From the NCBI GenBank assembly GCA_038496445.1, contig JALMLS010000593.1:248001-312000 (forward strand): 64,000 nucleotides of DNA. Reading direction: 5' to 3'. This stretch comes from Trichosphaerium sp. ATCC 40318. Its lineage: Eukaryota > Protista > Tubulinea. Position 1 is the first letter of the stretch; each line of letters starts with the position of its first letter. The notes below the pieces were generated by a model. The model was not told where the DNA came from. It did no database searches and saw nothing but the letters and a program-made list of their open reading frames with translations. Position numbers and translations under genes: made by a program. Positions 27,147 to 41,300 of this stretch are shown piece after piece.

Positions 27147-28765
27147 ATGCTTAAAGCAAAGAAATTCAACCTCGCCGATTCTAACCTCTCCCTGTTTGGT
27201 TCTGATGTAGAAAAAAACGTACCTCACTCCTCTTTCTTTGCCGACGTTTACTCACACGTGTTTTAGATCAAGAAGGCAGCAGCAGAGAGTGAAGAAGCTG
27301 TACGGTTTTTTTTAGTTCCGTTGGGAATAGGAGCGCTAAAGACCTTTTAGTTCAAAGGAGCCGGAAAGGCACCTGGCCTTGAAGTCTGGAGGGTAGCTAA
27401 GTTCCAAGTGAAGCGTGAAGATAAAGCAGACCACGGTCAGTTTTACAGCGGCGATTCTTACAGTACGTGAATCACAAGCCTTTTCGTTTTAGTAACACCC
27501 CTTTGTACAGTCGTCCTCAACACCTACAAGAAAGGAGATGCTCTTAGATGGGACGCTCACTTTTGGCTCGGTACGTTATTCTCTAGATTACTTTTTGCTT
27601 ACTTGTTTGCATAGGAGAGTACGCCTAAGGATTCCGAAGCAGATTAATTAATTTAACGATCGTAGGTGCACAACTCAAGATGAAGCTGGTACTGCAGCGT
27701 ACAAGGTTCGTAATACCCTCAACGTAACTCCGTATACTAAATGATCTTTTTAGACCGTTGAACTTGATGATGTATTGGGTGGCGCTCCAATCCAACACAG
27801 AGAAGTCATGGGACATGAGTCCAAACTCTTCTTGAGCTATTTCAAGTACGCTAACGGCATTCATTCTACAACACTAATTATGTGAAAGGGATCCACCAAT
27901 TCGTATTCTCGAAGGTGGTATTGATAGCGGATTTACTCACGTAACTGCCAAGGAATACACTCCTCGTTTGTTGTGGATCAAAGGTCGGGTTAACAACGTC
28001 GTTGTCCGTGAAGTCGAAGCCAAAGTTGGCTCCATGAACTCTGGTGATGTATTCATCTACGATTGTGGTAAAACTCTCTTCCAGTAAGTTTATTTTTTGG
28101 TTGAGCCGCATGCTAACAAGAACATAGATGGAACGGTAAAAAATCCGGCGCAGCTGAGAAAGGAAAGGCACGTGATATTTTTTTTTTTTTTTTTTTAGCT
28201 GACTCTCTTCTTAGGCTGGACAACTCACTCGTGCTATCGATGATGAGCGTGGAAGTAATGTAGAAATTACCGTCATGGAAGAAGGTGATGGAGATTGTGC
28301 TGCTTTGTACGAAAAACTTGGTGGTAAAGCCGCAGATGTTCTTTCCAAGGACGCTGTACCTAGCGATAAGGAAGTAGCTGTGTCATTGTGCCTCTACAAA
28401 TTGTCTGATGAGAGCGGTAAGATGGAATTCTCCGAGGTTGCCAAAGGAAACGCCGTACGTTCATTAACTTTGATCGCTAAACTTTTCTTACAATGACTTT
28501 AGATTAAACGTGAAATGTTTGACACCAAAGATGCTTTCATCTTTGACTGCGGTCCAGAAATCTTCGCTTGGATTGGTAAAGGTGCCTCTAAGGAAGAGCG
28601 CAAAAAGGCCATCTTCTACGCTCATGTACGATCTTGTACTAATGACTAGTACTAACTTTAACACCACAGGAGTACATGGTTAAGATGTCTAGACCTCTCT
28701 TCACCCCTATCACCAGAATTCTGGAAGGCGCAGAAAATGAAGTGTTCGAGAGCTTCTTTCAATAA
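27147..28765 (+). CDS. Three-domain gelsolin-family actin-severing protein (severin/fragmin-like)
   Basis: [59 protein letters not shown]. Confidence 0.92.
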
Positions 28766-29577
28766 ATGGCTACTACCACAAGCCTGAAACAGGCGACACA
28801 AACATCAATAAATGGTTCTATCCTTTTGTAAATGATCTTTTTTTTTTCTCTCTTGATCGCAAAATAACTTGCGAAGTTATTTGTTATTTATAACGCAGTT
28901 GATGCAAAATATTGCTGTATCTTATTTATATTGCACGTGTTTACCAAGTGGAAACGAAATTACAGGCAACCTTCGCTACATTGCTTCTTGCAAAAGCATA
29001 GTACGTTTATATTATGCTTACTCAAGCGGCCTTATACGTCGAATGGAGGCCTTGTTGGCTTGTAGAAATTGATACTAGGCAACTAAACCAGGCGAATCAA
29101 CATTAATAAGGTGGTACATCCTTTTAGTAAAAATAGATCTTTTTCTTGCATTATCCGTTGCTTGAAGCGGTGGCAAGGTGCCACGTGTGACAGTTCATCT
29201 GTTTACGAAGTTGTTTTTTCGTACTCTGTACGCGCGATAAGTTCGGAAGTTCGATTGTGTTTGTTTACTTGCGAAGTAAAATTTTCGTGCAATTGTGATG
29301 CGCTAGTACAGATCTAAATGCGTGAAAAAGTATATTACACACATGTCCGTGGGGTTTATACAACTCTGACTGCATAGTACGGGGTTTTACGGATTAAGTG
29401 CTTTTATCCCTTTCCGGTGGTTCTAGTGTGGCGTATTCCTCATATCTTGATGGTGCTTTGGTGGAAAAAAGGTGTGGTGGATTTTTTTTTCCGTCATTTC
29501 GCGAATGGTCGCGCTATTTCAGCAGAACTTGAGAACAATTAACCTGAGCAAACTCATACCGACGCCGCGTTCCCGTG

Positions 29578-30686
29578 ATGCTTTCCCGAGCAGCTACAGT
29601 AAGAACCGCTACAAGCCAAGCACAGACAAAGAGAAATTGCGCTAAAAGGGATAAAGCTCGCTTGAATGTATTTGATTTTGGTACGGAGAATCTTTTGCGA
29701 ATAGGCTATTCACTTTTTTACTTTTACAGATGGCACAATATTTAGAAGTCCCGTCCCTTCGCTAAATATGTGGTCTGCGAACACCTTACGTACGTACTCG
29801 CTTTTAGCGCTCAGCTGCATTTATTTTCTGTTGTTCCGATTTGAGCCCGTCGTAATTACGGGAAAAGGAATCGCTGGAGTGACTTTAGTTAGTTTACACT
29901 TTCTACAGCAACTTTCCGATACATTTATCTTTTTTACGGGTTTTTCAGCCAACAAAACTTTTTTCTGACGCTCGGTTTAGAGAAGATAAAGGCGCCTACG
30001 CTATGTGGTGGCTTTGGATGGTTTCACAATAAAGTTAGCCTTGAACCACCTTACGTTCCGGAGACTCCAAGTGCACAGTGGTACAACTGGGATGTGGTAA
30101 AAGAAATAAAACGATCAATGAAGGATGATGATGCAATTACAGGTAAAAAAAAGCTCTCACGAGGTGGTTTACACTAAATTTCAACAAATTCTGATTTTCG
30201 GGTGTAATGGCAAAAAAAAAAAAACCACAAAACTTTCGCATAAAACTAACTTTAGTGAATAGTGTTGTTAACTGGCAGACCAAAAAATTTTGATAAGCGA
30301 ATACGCAGTATTTTGGATGCACAGGAACTGTATTTTGATCAATATATACTTAAGGATACTCGAGGTTGCACGCACTCTTTTAAAGAAGGTGCTGTATCTC
30401 GTCTATTGGAAGCTTATACATCAAAGGTATGTAATGCAGTACATATTAATTGTTTAAAGCCGGTTCCTTATGTATTTAGCATGTTCAAATGTGGGATGAC
30501 CGCGAATCGCACTGTAAAGCGTTTGACACCTATTTAAAAGAACATAATTCAATTGTATCCCATAGAGTTCATCACATCACAGATGGTTGCGATCAGTTGC
30601 CAGTTAACCTAGAGACAGATATCGTTCATTATTTGGCGCGATGCGTTGACAGGGAGCATTTAATCGAACCTGCACTTCAAATTTAA
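29578..30686 (+). CDS. HAD phosphatase of the 'Swiss Army Knife' RNA-repair type (HAD_SAK_1-like)
   Basis: Spliced motif I VFDFDGTIFRSP, W.NWDVV, motif II LLTGR, LYFDQYILK, motif IV MWDDRESH. Confidence 0.75.
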
Positions 30687-30986
30687 AGCACAACAACAAT
30701 TTTAGCTCATAAGCACCACTTGTACTGTATATAACCTTGTAACAAACAACCTTATTCCAATGTAAATTTTAATCTGGAAACGATCAGTTGAACCTCCGTG
30801 ATAGATTTATTACTCTGTACCATACAACGCTGTATGCTGGCTTACGTATACTGGTTTGTTAACAAACACAATACTCAATGTTGACTTTTAAAGCGCTAAT
30901 TTTTTAGTCATCAGCGAATTGTTTTGTACATTTTTGTTGTTGGCTGTGATCTACTCCCATACGTTACCACTTACACGGCAACAAAA

Positions 30987-33900
30987 ATGGATAAGGTTGG
31001 GGATAAAGCAGACGTCAAATTCAAAACTGAAGCAAAAACGCCCGCTGAGCTTGAAAAAATACGGCGTGAATACGAAGAGCAAAGGCAACGTCTAAAGCGG
31101 GAGCAAGAAATTCATAGGGCCCAACAAATACGTGCTCTCAATCAACAACGCGTATGTAGTGCTAAACTATTATTTTTAACCGCCAATAGGAAGAAAATGA
31201 GAGAAAGCGAAGGGAGGCTGTAAGAAAGGCTCAAGAGAAGCTCAAGGAACGCCAAGAATCTGCCAGGCGAAAATCTGTGTCTGTAACTGAGTGTCAACCG
31301 GCACCACACGTTCGTTCAAAAATTACACCTTATCAGGTCGCTGAAAGCGCAGGCGAGTCCAAACCTATTGAAGAAGACCAAAAAAGCGACGAAATTGGAA
31401 TTGAGGATTCTTTCGATGAAGACGAAGGCATCTACTTCTCTGGAGAGGATGAGAAGGAAAACTTTAACGCACAAGATTTTATAGCTGTGAAAGAAGAACC
31501 AAAGCAGTACGATGCTTGTTCTGAAGGTTCAGAGATCATTGACGTGAGCGACGACGAGGTTGACAACGAAATGAATGATGGTAATGCTTCTGATATGACT
31601 GATATTATTGAAGCTTCTGATGATGATATGGACCTTGACGCTTCTCAACCTCTTTTCCCTGATGATATACCTCTTGAGGACGCTGCACAACCCTTGTTCA
31701 ATAGCAAGGATGATATCACGTGTGGGAGTCAGGACACTCTTACAGAGTTACCTTCTGGGCGCAGAAAAAGAAAGTTTGAAGGCGATAATACACCAGATGG
31801 AACTCCTTGCAAAAAGATAAAGTACAGTACCTTTACATTGAAACTCTGAATTAACTCACGTATAGGACCGAATCAAAGGAATCTCTGAAAGCATCTATGT
31901 CATTTGATATGGGCGCTTCTCTACAGGCGTACCAGGAACGGGAAGAGCAGGAGCAGGCTACTCAACATCTACCTGACTGTGTTACACCTGAAATAGCACC
32001 TCCAGAAACAGTTGATGAAGTAAAGCAACGTGTTGATGATTTAGAAGATGAACTTGTTGATATTGCTTCTCATCTAGCGAAAGTCAGGCGAGAGTTAAAG
32101 AAGTTTTTTAGAGAGTTAAAAGGAGGTCTTGGTATTCGTAAGTGCTGGAACGAGACATGGTACGTTTGAAGTGTATTCACTTATTAAACACTTACACTAA
32201 CTCTATGTACAGGCGTAAGGATCTTTGTAGTATTGTAGATATGGTAAGATTTCTGATTTCTTTGTTTTTTTGATTTTTTTTCCTTCCGGCTGTTTTAATT
32301 AAATCTAGACCACCATGGCTTGTAAAGAGAGTATAATTGCTGTGGTTGGTGATACAGGATCTGGTAAATCAATGTTGTTGAACGCAGTACTGAGTGATCG
32401 CGTTGTACCAACTCATGGATGGAGTGCATGCACAGCTGGTGTCACAAAGGTAGATAAAATAACATCGATAAAAACTTTGTCTTGGACTGTTTATTTACTC
32501 TTTCCTAGGTGAAATATTGTAGGGACGATGCATTTACAGTGACAGCAGAGTTTATTACACAGGCAGAGTGGAAAGCCCGTACGTGTAGCGTATTTTTTCT
32601 TCTTGGTTTTGGTTTTGACAAACTCTCTTAGATGTGGCTCTGTTACAAGCTGATAATGCCAATAAGGATACTAGCAACTATACGGAAGATATGTTCAAGG
32701 CTTTGTTTGGTACCAAAAAAAAATTAATTAGAAAACACGTGATTCTAATTCAAATATGTAGGTACAGATAAACCTGAGGATCCAACTCGCTTACCACCAA
32801 AATTCAGTAGAAAATTGGGTACCAGTTTTTTGATATGTTTTTTGATTTAACGCTAATTGTCCGATTTATTAGGCGATGTTGACTCTCACAGATACCCTTG
32901 TCTCAACGAAAACATGAGGAAGTTTATTACAATGTATATTGATTCTGCACCTGGGGATGGTGTTGATCAGTACTGGCCTCTCATTAAAGAACTAACAATA
33001 AGCGGACCTTTTGACGTGTTAAAAGGAGGCATCACCCTTGTCGATTTACCTGGAGGTGCGTAACACCGCTACTAATGACACTTTCTAATAAGGTGGTTTT
33101 TTATAGTGAATGACTCTAATAGGGCTCGTGAGAGCGTTGCTAATCGATATATTGAACAAGCGGATTACTTGTGGATCGTTAACTCTATAAAGCGTATAGC
33201 AGATAGTAAGACTGTTAATATTATGGTCAACAAATCCTTGTCGAAGCATTTCAGACAGCAGTTGGTAATGAACGGTCTAACGGACTCTATGACGCTCATA
33301 GCAACACATGCTGATGAGTTAAACATTGGAGAAGCTAAAAGACTCCTAAACATACCTGCAAACGAACGTATATCGCAAGCTAAAGTTGCTTCACTCAGAA
33401 ATCGAGCTTGTAAGAAAAATATTACTAAAATGCTACAAAACGACTTCACCCAAGTATGGAATGATGAAAAGGGTAACAGAACAGTATCTGAAGAAGAATC
33501 GAAAAATAGAGAAGCCCTAATCGTTAAAAACGCTGCAAAGACACCAATTTTTACAGTTGGTTCAGTGAACTACTTGCAGTTAGTTGGTAGAGAAGAGGCA
33601 TCCGAGAGTCAGGTTTTTAATACAATGTCTGATATTGAGGCAACTGAGATACCAGCGCTTCAAAGAGAGTTATTGAAAATGGCTATAAAGGTCAAGGAAC
33701 AGCAGAAAAAAACGATATCTAGTCGATACAAGGTGAGTTTTTTTTTATACCTTCTTCCTTACTTTTTAATGTTGTTAAAAATTTTAGACTTGGCAGGACA
33801 CTATTGTATCTTCTTGTAATCCTGATGTCATAGAAAAATCACTTAGAGACGAGTTGATGTCTTACTTTGAAGACTGTAATTTTTTACAAAATGGCCCAGC

Positions 33901-35321
33901 AAGTTCAGTACGTCACGTCATTACGTCGTTGGCTGTCATTGAAAAAAGAGAAAATTAAGAATGTATTTTATCAGAAACTGATTGATTGTTTTAGATCATT
34001 AAGGAGTTCCTAGACAAAACGGTAGGTGAAGATTGTGTAGACCTTTCTTTGACAAGTTAGGTTATTCCTAATCGAAAGAGAGCAATTGATGATAAACTAA
34101 AAGCTGGGCGAGAAACAACAGAAGAAGCACTTGAGGAGGTAAAACAAGCATGGAATAAGATACATTGGAATAGTTTCAAGTCCGCAGTGCGTAAAGGAGG
34201 ACATCATGTCATTCAAAAGACGAAAACGCCTATCAATTTATCAATGGATCTATCTTACCATATGATGTCCCCTATTACAACTAGTTGGTCACAGTTCTGG
34301 ACCAAGGACTTACAGGTAAAATTAGTTAAAAAAAAACAAAAAAAATGCTTTATTCTGAGACTCACATAACATGTTACTTCATTTTTTTCACTCGAACTTG
34401 GTGTTCATTGTATAAGAGATTTATTAATATGTATTTTTTAGATTTATTTGCATGAGTTTGCTGAGCAGCTTGTGAAGAATATTGATGTTAATATTCATCA
34501 AAAAATGAACGAGAAATTAAAGAGAGATATTGATTATACAATTTCTTTTGCTACTTTCAATACTAGCTTACTTCATCATTGTAAAGAAAGAGTAGTGGAC
34601 ACATTGGATAGAATAAAAAACAAATATAGAAAAGTACGTTATAATAATGGCTCAAGGACTTCACGTGCAATTTTTTTGTTTTTTAGAATCTATAGGACCT
34701 ATCACTCTTCTTCTTCTCTTATTTCGTGAACCTACCTTTATTATTACTAGAATAAAGTGTAAGGTAGGTTCTTAGAGTGAGGGAAAGGAAAAGAGATGGG
34801 TTGAATGGACCAAATGATTTTCCGCTTTTTTTCTTGTTGATATTTATATTTTTGTTTTAGATTAATTTTATCATTCCTACTTTCATATCTGAGCAATTAG
34901 CTCAAGCATTTAAAGAAGCTGCCAAGATGAAAGGGAAAGGTTTATTAAAGAGAATGGTAGAATACTTGATAACTTATTGTAAAGAGCATCCAGAAATCTT
35001 TAGAAATGCGAATCAGACCTTAATAGAGTACGTCTTATTTTGTCTCACTTAAAGTCTTTATTCCCAAATACTAATCGTTTTTCAACAATAGTGAAATGGA
35101 TAGCGTATTTCAATTACTTGGGGTGGAGCTAGAGGCGTTATGGTTAAGATTACTAAAGTAATTATTGTTTGGTTTTTTTTTTCATCAGTGACATTGTTAC
35201 CGTATTTAATGATTCTAGGCTTGTTAAAGAACGATATCAAAGTATTTGGACGATAGATGAGACCATGGAAACAGCAAATAAAGAGAAATTACTTGGCATT
35301 ATTGAAAAATATGACGTGTAG
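30987..35321 (+). CDS. Nuclear GTPase SLIP-GC (NUGGC)-like dynamin-superfamily GTPase
   Basis: VVGDTGSGKSMLLNAVL, SACTAGVT, YWPLIK, LVDLPG, DSNRAR, LWIVNSIKRIADSK, ATHAD; acidic N-terminal region with NLS-like RRKRK..KKIK. Confidence 0.8.
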
Positions 35322-35833
35322 ATCAGTTTGAAAACCCTTGTATTTTTAATAAATCACGTACACTACTATGCATTGCTACGTGTTAATTAGCCTACGCGCG
35401 TAGCATACTATTACGCGTTGCAAATACAAAACGGCGCAACCGAGAGAAACGCTCGCATTTCTCATAGCTTATTTCTTTGTAGATTGTTATCGGCAATTTT
35501 TGCTCCAACAGCAGGATGGTTAAGCCGCTATTGTTGCCTTCTCGCAAGTTTCACAGCCGAGATCCAAAGCTTGCAAGACGAGTTGTGGTAACGTTTCTAT
35601 GCGTGCTGTGCCCTTTATACGTTGGCGCGATAAAAAAACAGGAAAATACTGGCTTTGCCTGTCTAAGAGAATAACGGCTATGTTTATGACAAAAATACAC
35701 TTCAACACACGATATGCAACACAAGAAGGTTCTCAAAAGCACTTTGCCGGTTATGCAACCGGTACGACCGCCAACACCATTCATAGGTTACATCTAACGT
35801 CAGTAGAGCTTTATCAAACACATACTGGTTAAA

Positions 35834-36391
35834 ATGAGTAAAACCAAAATGGTCAGTCCGAAAACAGCGGCAGCTATTGCGTGCACGAACAAGAGTCTAT
35901 CAACGAGCTTACGTCGTCCTAAACCGAAACAATTATCAACGACAGAGGATGGTATTCTATATACTTGTGAGTATGTTTCTGGCGTGAGGAATGGTAAGAG
36001 CGTAGCATCTAAAGATGGCACTACATTATATATCTGCAACTACCTCAACGACATGCTACATGGTAAGAAAGTGTGGTACTATGGTTCCTGTACGATTGTA
36101 GAGTACTACATGAGAGGTCTTTTACATGGACCAAGGATAGTCTTAAAAGGCAAAACAGTACTAGAATCTAGCTCGTATGTGAAGGGATTCAAGCACGGAC
36201 CAAGAACTTTGTTTTCTACTAGAGGTTGTAGAGTAAAGGATGAAAATTGGAGAATAGGCCAACGTAGTGGTGAATGGATAGACTACCATAGTACTGGGCG
36301 AAGGAGCTGTACAAAACTGTTTGAGGGTAACAAGCTACTAAGTCAGAAAAAACACGACAAATATGCCTATGTTCGCTCCTACTCTCCTTAG
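35834..36391 (+). CDS. MORN-variant / YwqK-like beta-hairpin repeat protein
   Basis: Repeated Y..G..HG units (YVSGVRNG, YLNDMLHG, YMRGLLHG, YVKGFKHG, WRIGQRSG) in one uninterrupted exon; upstream exons from ~35480 are possible. Confidence 0.7.
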   Translation: MSKTKMVSPKTAAAIACTNKSLSTSLRRPKPKQLSTTEDGILYTCEYVSGVRNGKSVASKDGTTLYICNYLNDMLHGKKVWYYGSCTIVEYYMRGLLHGPRIVLKGKTVLESSSYVKGFKHGPRTLFSTRGCRVKDENWRIGQRSGEWIDYHSTGRRSCTKLFEGNKLLSQKKHDKYAYVRSYSP

Positions 36392-36547
36392 AAATTGTAT
36401 GAAATAATAAAAAACCACTTAACAACCAAACATGCCACACGTGTTTTTTCTTTAACAGAAAGTTAATCGTTTTTATTTTTTTGATTGATGATGAAGTGAG
36501 AAGCAAGAAAACTAAAAATATTTTAATGTGTTGATGTTCTGGTATCT

Positions 36548-37866
36548 TCACATAAGGATTTGTGTTAATAGTATTGTCATAAGTGATAACACAGGGATAG
36601 AAGTAACCAATCTATAACCTGAAGATGGAGCAATGGTTGTAGTTGGAGGCGCAGTTGTCATTGGAGGCGCAGTTGTCATTGGAGGCGCGGTTGTCATCGG
36701 AGGTTCGGTTGTAGTTGGTGCTTGAGGTGCCATTGGTGCTTCAGGTGGCATTGGGGCTTCAGTTGTCATTGGTGGTATGGTTGTTGGAGGTTGAGGTGCA
36801 GGAAATGCTTTGACGGTGAGTGCTGGATTATCAGCATTAGTTTTGTTAAAACAATCGTCGAATGTGTACCTTAGCAGTTTGTTAGAAATTATAAAAAAAT
36901 TACCTTGTTGTTTAAATATGACGTACGTGTATCTTACTCTTTCATTTTCGCAAGTAGCCTCATCATAAAGTATCTCATCGACAGCATCTATTCCATTTTT
37001 TTCGAATCGTATAAAACCTGTACTGTAGCATGTATCGAACTGATACACAACTTCTCCTGTAAATGCGTCTGTCGCACAACCATCAGCGCCATAAGCTATA
37101 ATGAAGGGTTAACTTATGTTAATCTTTGCGTGTTATCACGTGATAGAAAACGTGGAAGCGATAAAAATACAAAACAATCTAAATACATAACGTACAAGTT
37201 ACAACAGGTGCGCCATCCCAATTGGCTAAGCCATCGTATCCATACCAAGCTCTTAGAGGGATAACACTACTATCACATTCACCGCTTGTAGCTGTTAAAG
37301 AAATATTAGTTGGTCGACTAGGTTTATGTTGTTATTCTACCCCCCCCTGAGGGGAGGGAGAGAGGCAGTAGTATATTGACAAATAGACCGGTGAGTGGCT
37401 TGATGTAATCAAGGTCAGCACTTTTTAAGTTTTGCGTGGTTGGCAATTTGACAAAAAACCAAAAGGTCACAAAAATTTGGCTGTCACGCACGATTTATTA
37501 CTGCCCCTTGTCCAGCACAATTATCAGTTTGGAATAACAGCATGGTCATGGCTGTAGGAGCAGTGAAAGAAGTAATATTTGTGCTTAAAGTTGTCAGGAT
37601 ACTGCTCTCACAAGTCTGTAAGCGATACGTACAAAATTGACACTGTTGTCGTCTGAAAAGTAAGAGGTATGCATTTTAGGTTTGTCAAAGGTATAGCAAC
37701 AGCGTTTCCTGAGCAGGCCACGTTAGTAACTAGGAAAAATAAATTAGCCATTCCGTTTTAAATCATTTTATGTTTTACGTGTAAACACTTCCAGAAAAAT
37801 AAGATCCTGTGCCACTGAGACGATGATAAAGGTACATAGTACCACTAAGAGCGCTTGTGCTTTCAT
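36548..37866 (-). CDS. Secreted, probably GPI-anchored surface protein with Pro/Thr-rich stalk
   Basis: Signal peptide MKAQALLVVLCTFIIVSVAQD; Cys-containing ectodomain; TTAPPM repeats; hydrophobic C-terminus after PSSG. Confidence 0.7.
36637..36790 (-). repeat. 18-bp coding minisatellite (TTAPPM-type mucin repeats)
   Basis: Tandem ATGACAAC(T/C)GCGCCTCCA units. Confidence 0.85.
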
Positions 37867-38376
37867 TTTGTTGTGCTTTAACAATAAAAAACCGGAAATT
37901 CTGGCACAACTTAAATGTCAAAAAGCTAAAAACCACGTGACGCAAGTTACATGATCGAACATGTAGTTTCTATGGAAAGGGAAAGGTTTGGTAACCGGCA
38001 AAATTGGAGAAACTGGGAATGATACGGAGGCACGTTTTAGAAAAATGAAATAACACGTGCGCTAAGTTTTCGCTTGTTTTCGGCCGAAAAAATGCAAGAA
38101 AATTGCGAACTGTTAGGTGTAGGACGGAAACTCTTTGTTTTGTAGTTCACGTGTTGTGATACGCCAAAGAGAGTTGTAACGAATGTTTTCATTCGACTCC
38201 TGAAAAGCTCACTCAAATATTTTGTCTGAGTGCCAAAATAAACAAGCAACCATCTGCTACTACAGCTCAGACTTTCATTCCCCCAAAAACAACGAAACTA
38301 ACTCATTAAAAAAATGACAAACTTTTTTTTTGCTCTTTCACATTTTTTATTTTTTTCTTTTTTTTCTTCACAATAA

Positions 38377-41300
38377 TTATTTTACTTTATCTTTCTTGTT
38401 ACGTTTTGGTTCATCTGCAGGAGGAGGATCATTATAAATACTAGTATAATACTGTCTAATTTCATCCGTAGTAAAAGTTTCAACAACTGGTCTTCCTTTG
38501 AGTGTAGTTTTGTTACCCTTGCCGTCTAGCTTCTTATAAGCCTTAATCTCGCTACCGAGAACCAAAGGCATAGCCATATAAGAGTCAGTCTTTGATACAG
38601 AGTCATAGAACTTTGAAATAAAGTCAAGACAAAGATACTTCAAAATCTTCCTTCCTGTTGCATGTGCTGCGCGATAAATATCTGTTACATTGTTTGTTGC
38701 AATGTGACGATATAAAGAGAGCTCTGTTAGAGTCATAATATGAGAAATACCGTAATTTTCGGCGATTGCTGAAAGTGACACAATGTCTTCAAATGTCAGG
38801 TATTGCAGAATGTCACCTACAGCTCCGCTGTAGAGATACCGTAGAATTGCCAAAAATACGTTGAGAGGCATGTCACTGAGTTCGAGTTCATCTATAGAAT
38901 AACAAGAGGTCAGAAAAGAGCAAACAGAGAAACACAGAGCAAAAAAAAAGACGAACAAAATCAAAAATATTTAAGCATTTTCTACTCTCCTACTGTCACG
39001 TGAAAGAAAGGAAAAACCAGGCTGAATTATTTTACAAAAATAGAATAACCACTAAAAACCTACTGGGATACAAATAACAACGAAAAGAAACAAAGAGAGA
39101 TAGATCCAAGACAAAAAGAAATCCAGGCTATAAAAAAAAGTACAAAAAAAAAGAAAACGTACCCTGATTTTTTGGCATCTTTGCTATTAGTCCTGCCAAG
39201 TATTTGCATCTAGAGCAGACAACTACTTTATGACCATAAACTCTTTTACCATCAATCAAAAACACGATATCATGAAAGGTAGCAAGATCAACAAACTGCT
39301 CAAGATGCATGCCAAGGTATGACAATCTCTTTCTTTCAGCCAATAAAGGCATCTTGCATGCACCAGATTTCAAAGTAACATCATCACCGTTGAAAAACTT
39401 CTTGCAAGAATTCTTTAACGTTGTGAAGCTATAACGCTTTGAAATAGCGTATAGGAACTTTAGAAGCTTAGGTGATAATTTCTCAACCTTTCCAGCATAT
39501 ACAAACTCAAGTAATGCGTCAAAAGCTTCATGACCATAGTCCCAATTATCAACATAAACTTTTTCTTGCTCTTTACTAAATTTAAAAAATCAGCAAATCA
39601 TGCGCCTATAATGGTATTTATTTCACGTACTTATCGTCCATGAGCTCTCTGAATATCTTATTCCTAAGGACAATACGTCAGAAATCTGAGAAAGGCACAG
39701 GTCATAATCCGAAAATTTTCTGATTCGGCAAAAAAAAAAGTTTGTTCTTACCTAGAGCAGATTATCCGATGAGCTGATATTTTTTTCTTGTCTACTACGA
39801 ATGTGATGTCTCCATACTTTCTTTTACGGAACCAAACACCCAAATCTTGTTCAATAGGCGCTAGAACACCTAAAAAGCTACTGTAAGCACGAGAACAATT
39901 AATACCTAACAAGAAATGCGTACGAAGATAGTGGTTTGCTTTAAATTGTAATTGGGCACCAGCTTTTAATAAAATCTCTGTGCAATCAGGATGCCCTTCT
40001 AATAATGCCCAAGATAATGGTTGTAAGCCAAGTTCATCACTCACATCCTGTACAAGATTAACAAGAAAAACCCAACAACAAAATAAAACTAAAATAGAAT
40101 CTAACCTTAAATTGGATCAAGTGAATTATGCAGCTTTTGTATCCATTCATTGCAGCCAAATGAAGTGGTGTAAACCTAAGAGAAAGTTACAATACGACCA
40201 GTAAGTTCATTAACCGTACCCAGCGGCATCACCGAGATTTTGGACAAGTAGACTGGAATGTTGTTTTAAAAAGTACTTTAGTATAATATCTCGCCCATGT
40301 TGCGCAGCAATATGTAAAATACCACGCTGAGTCTTTGTAACAACAGCAGGGTTTGCCTATTCCCAATATTAAAACTACATAGCAACACAAACAACAAAGA
40401 AATCTAACAAAAAAGCAAAAAAAAAATTGACAAGAATTAAGCGATGACTTACTTTGTGATTAAGTAATAGTTGAATTAAATAAGGGTGTCCGGATATTAC
40501 AGCTAGATGAAGAGGTGTAACGTTGTCAATATCGACCATATTAGGATTAGCCTTATTCTTCAGTAATAGGTACGCAACATCCAAGTGCTGGTTTTGTGCT
40601 GCACGATGTAGTGGTGTGATCATGTTATTATCAAAAGCGTTAACATTAGCTTTTTTATCAACCAACATTTTAACTATATTTAGATGTCCCTATTTCCAAG
40701 TTAGGTTTGCAGAAATCAAAAGCTTCATAAAAAACAGTACCTCTTGTGCAGCTAGATGTAATGGTCTCACGCCAAGGTTATTCTTTGTATTAGGGCTCGC
40801 TGCCCACCGTAACAATGCGTCTGTAGACAGGGCGTTACCCTTTGCAGCCGCCAAGTGTAATGGAGAGTCTCCATTCTCAGAGTCTTTTACGTTTGGCTTT
40901 GCACCTGACTCCAATAAAAATGTAACATTCTCTATATTATCCTTGGCTGCAGCGTAATGCAATGCAGTCATGCCATTTTTATCTTTTTTTAATAACGTCT
41001 TCTTTTGGCTTTTATCTATACATTGTGCCAAAGAAGCCCTTTGAAAGACGTTTAGCGAATCAAAAAATCGAGAAGATAAAAATCCACAAAAAATAATATT
41101 ATATTTCGCTTGTACTGCATACCTTGTCCCTACAAGACTTGCGAAATGCATTGCTGAGAAGCCATCAGCATCAGTGACGTTTGCTCTGTCTTTCTTATCG
41201 ACTTTAGAGATGATACTTTGGAATCCCTAATAATAATTAAGGAAAAACTGCACGGCACATTTTATAAGCGATGGAGATAATAATTACTTTTGTGAAATTC

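Noticed and set aside
29345-29490. tRNA-like/Pol III RNA (A-box-like TGGTTCTAGTGTGG, T-tract)
   Set aside because: No B box or cloverleaf; pairing is mostly G-U runs.
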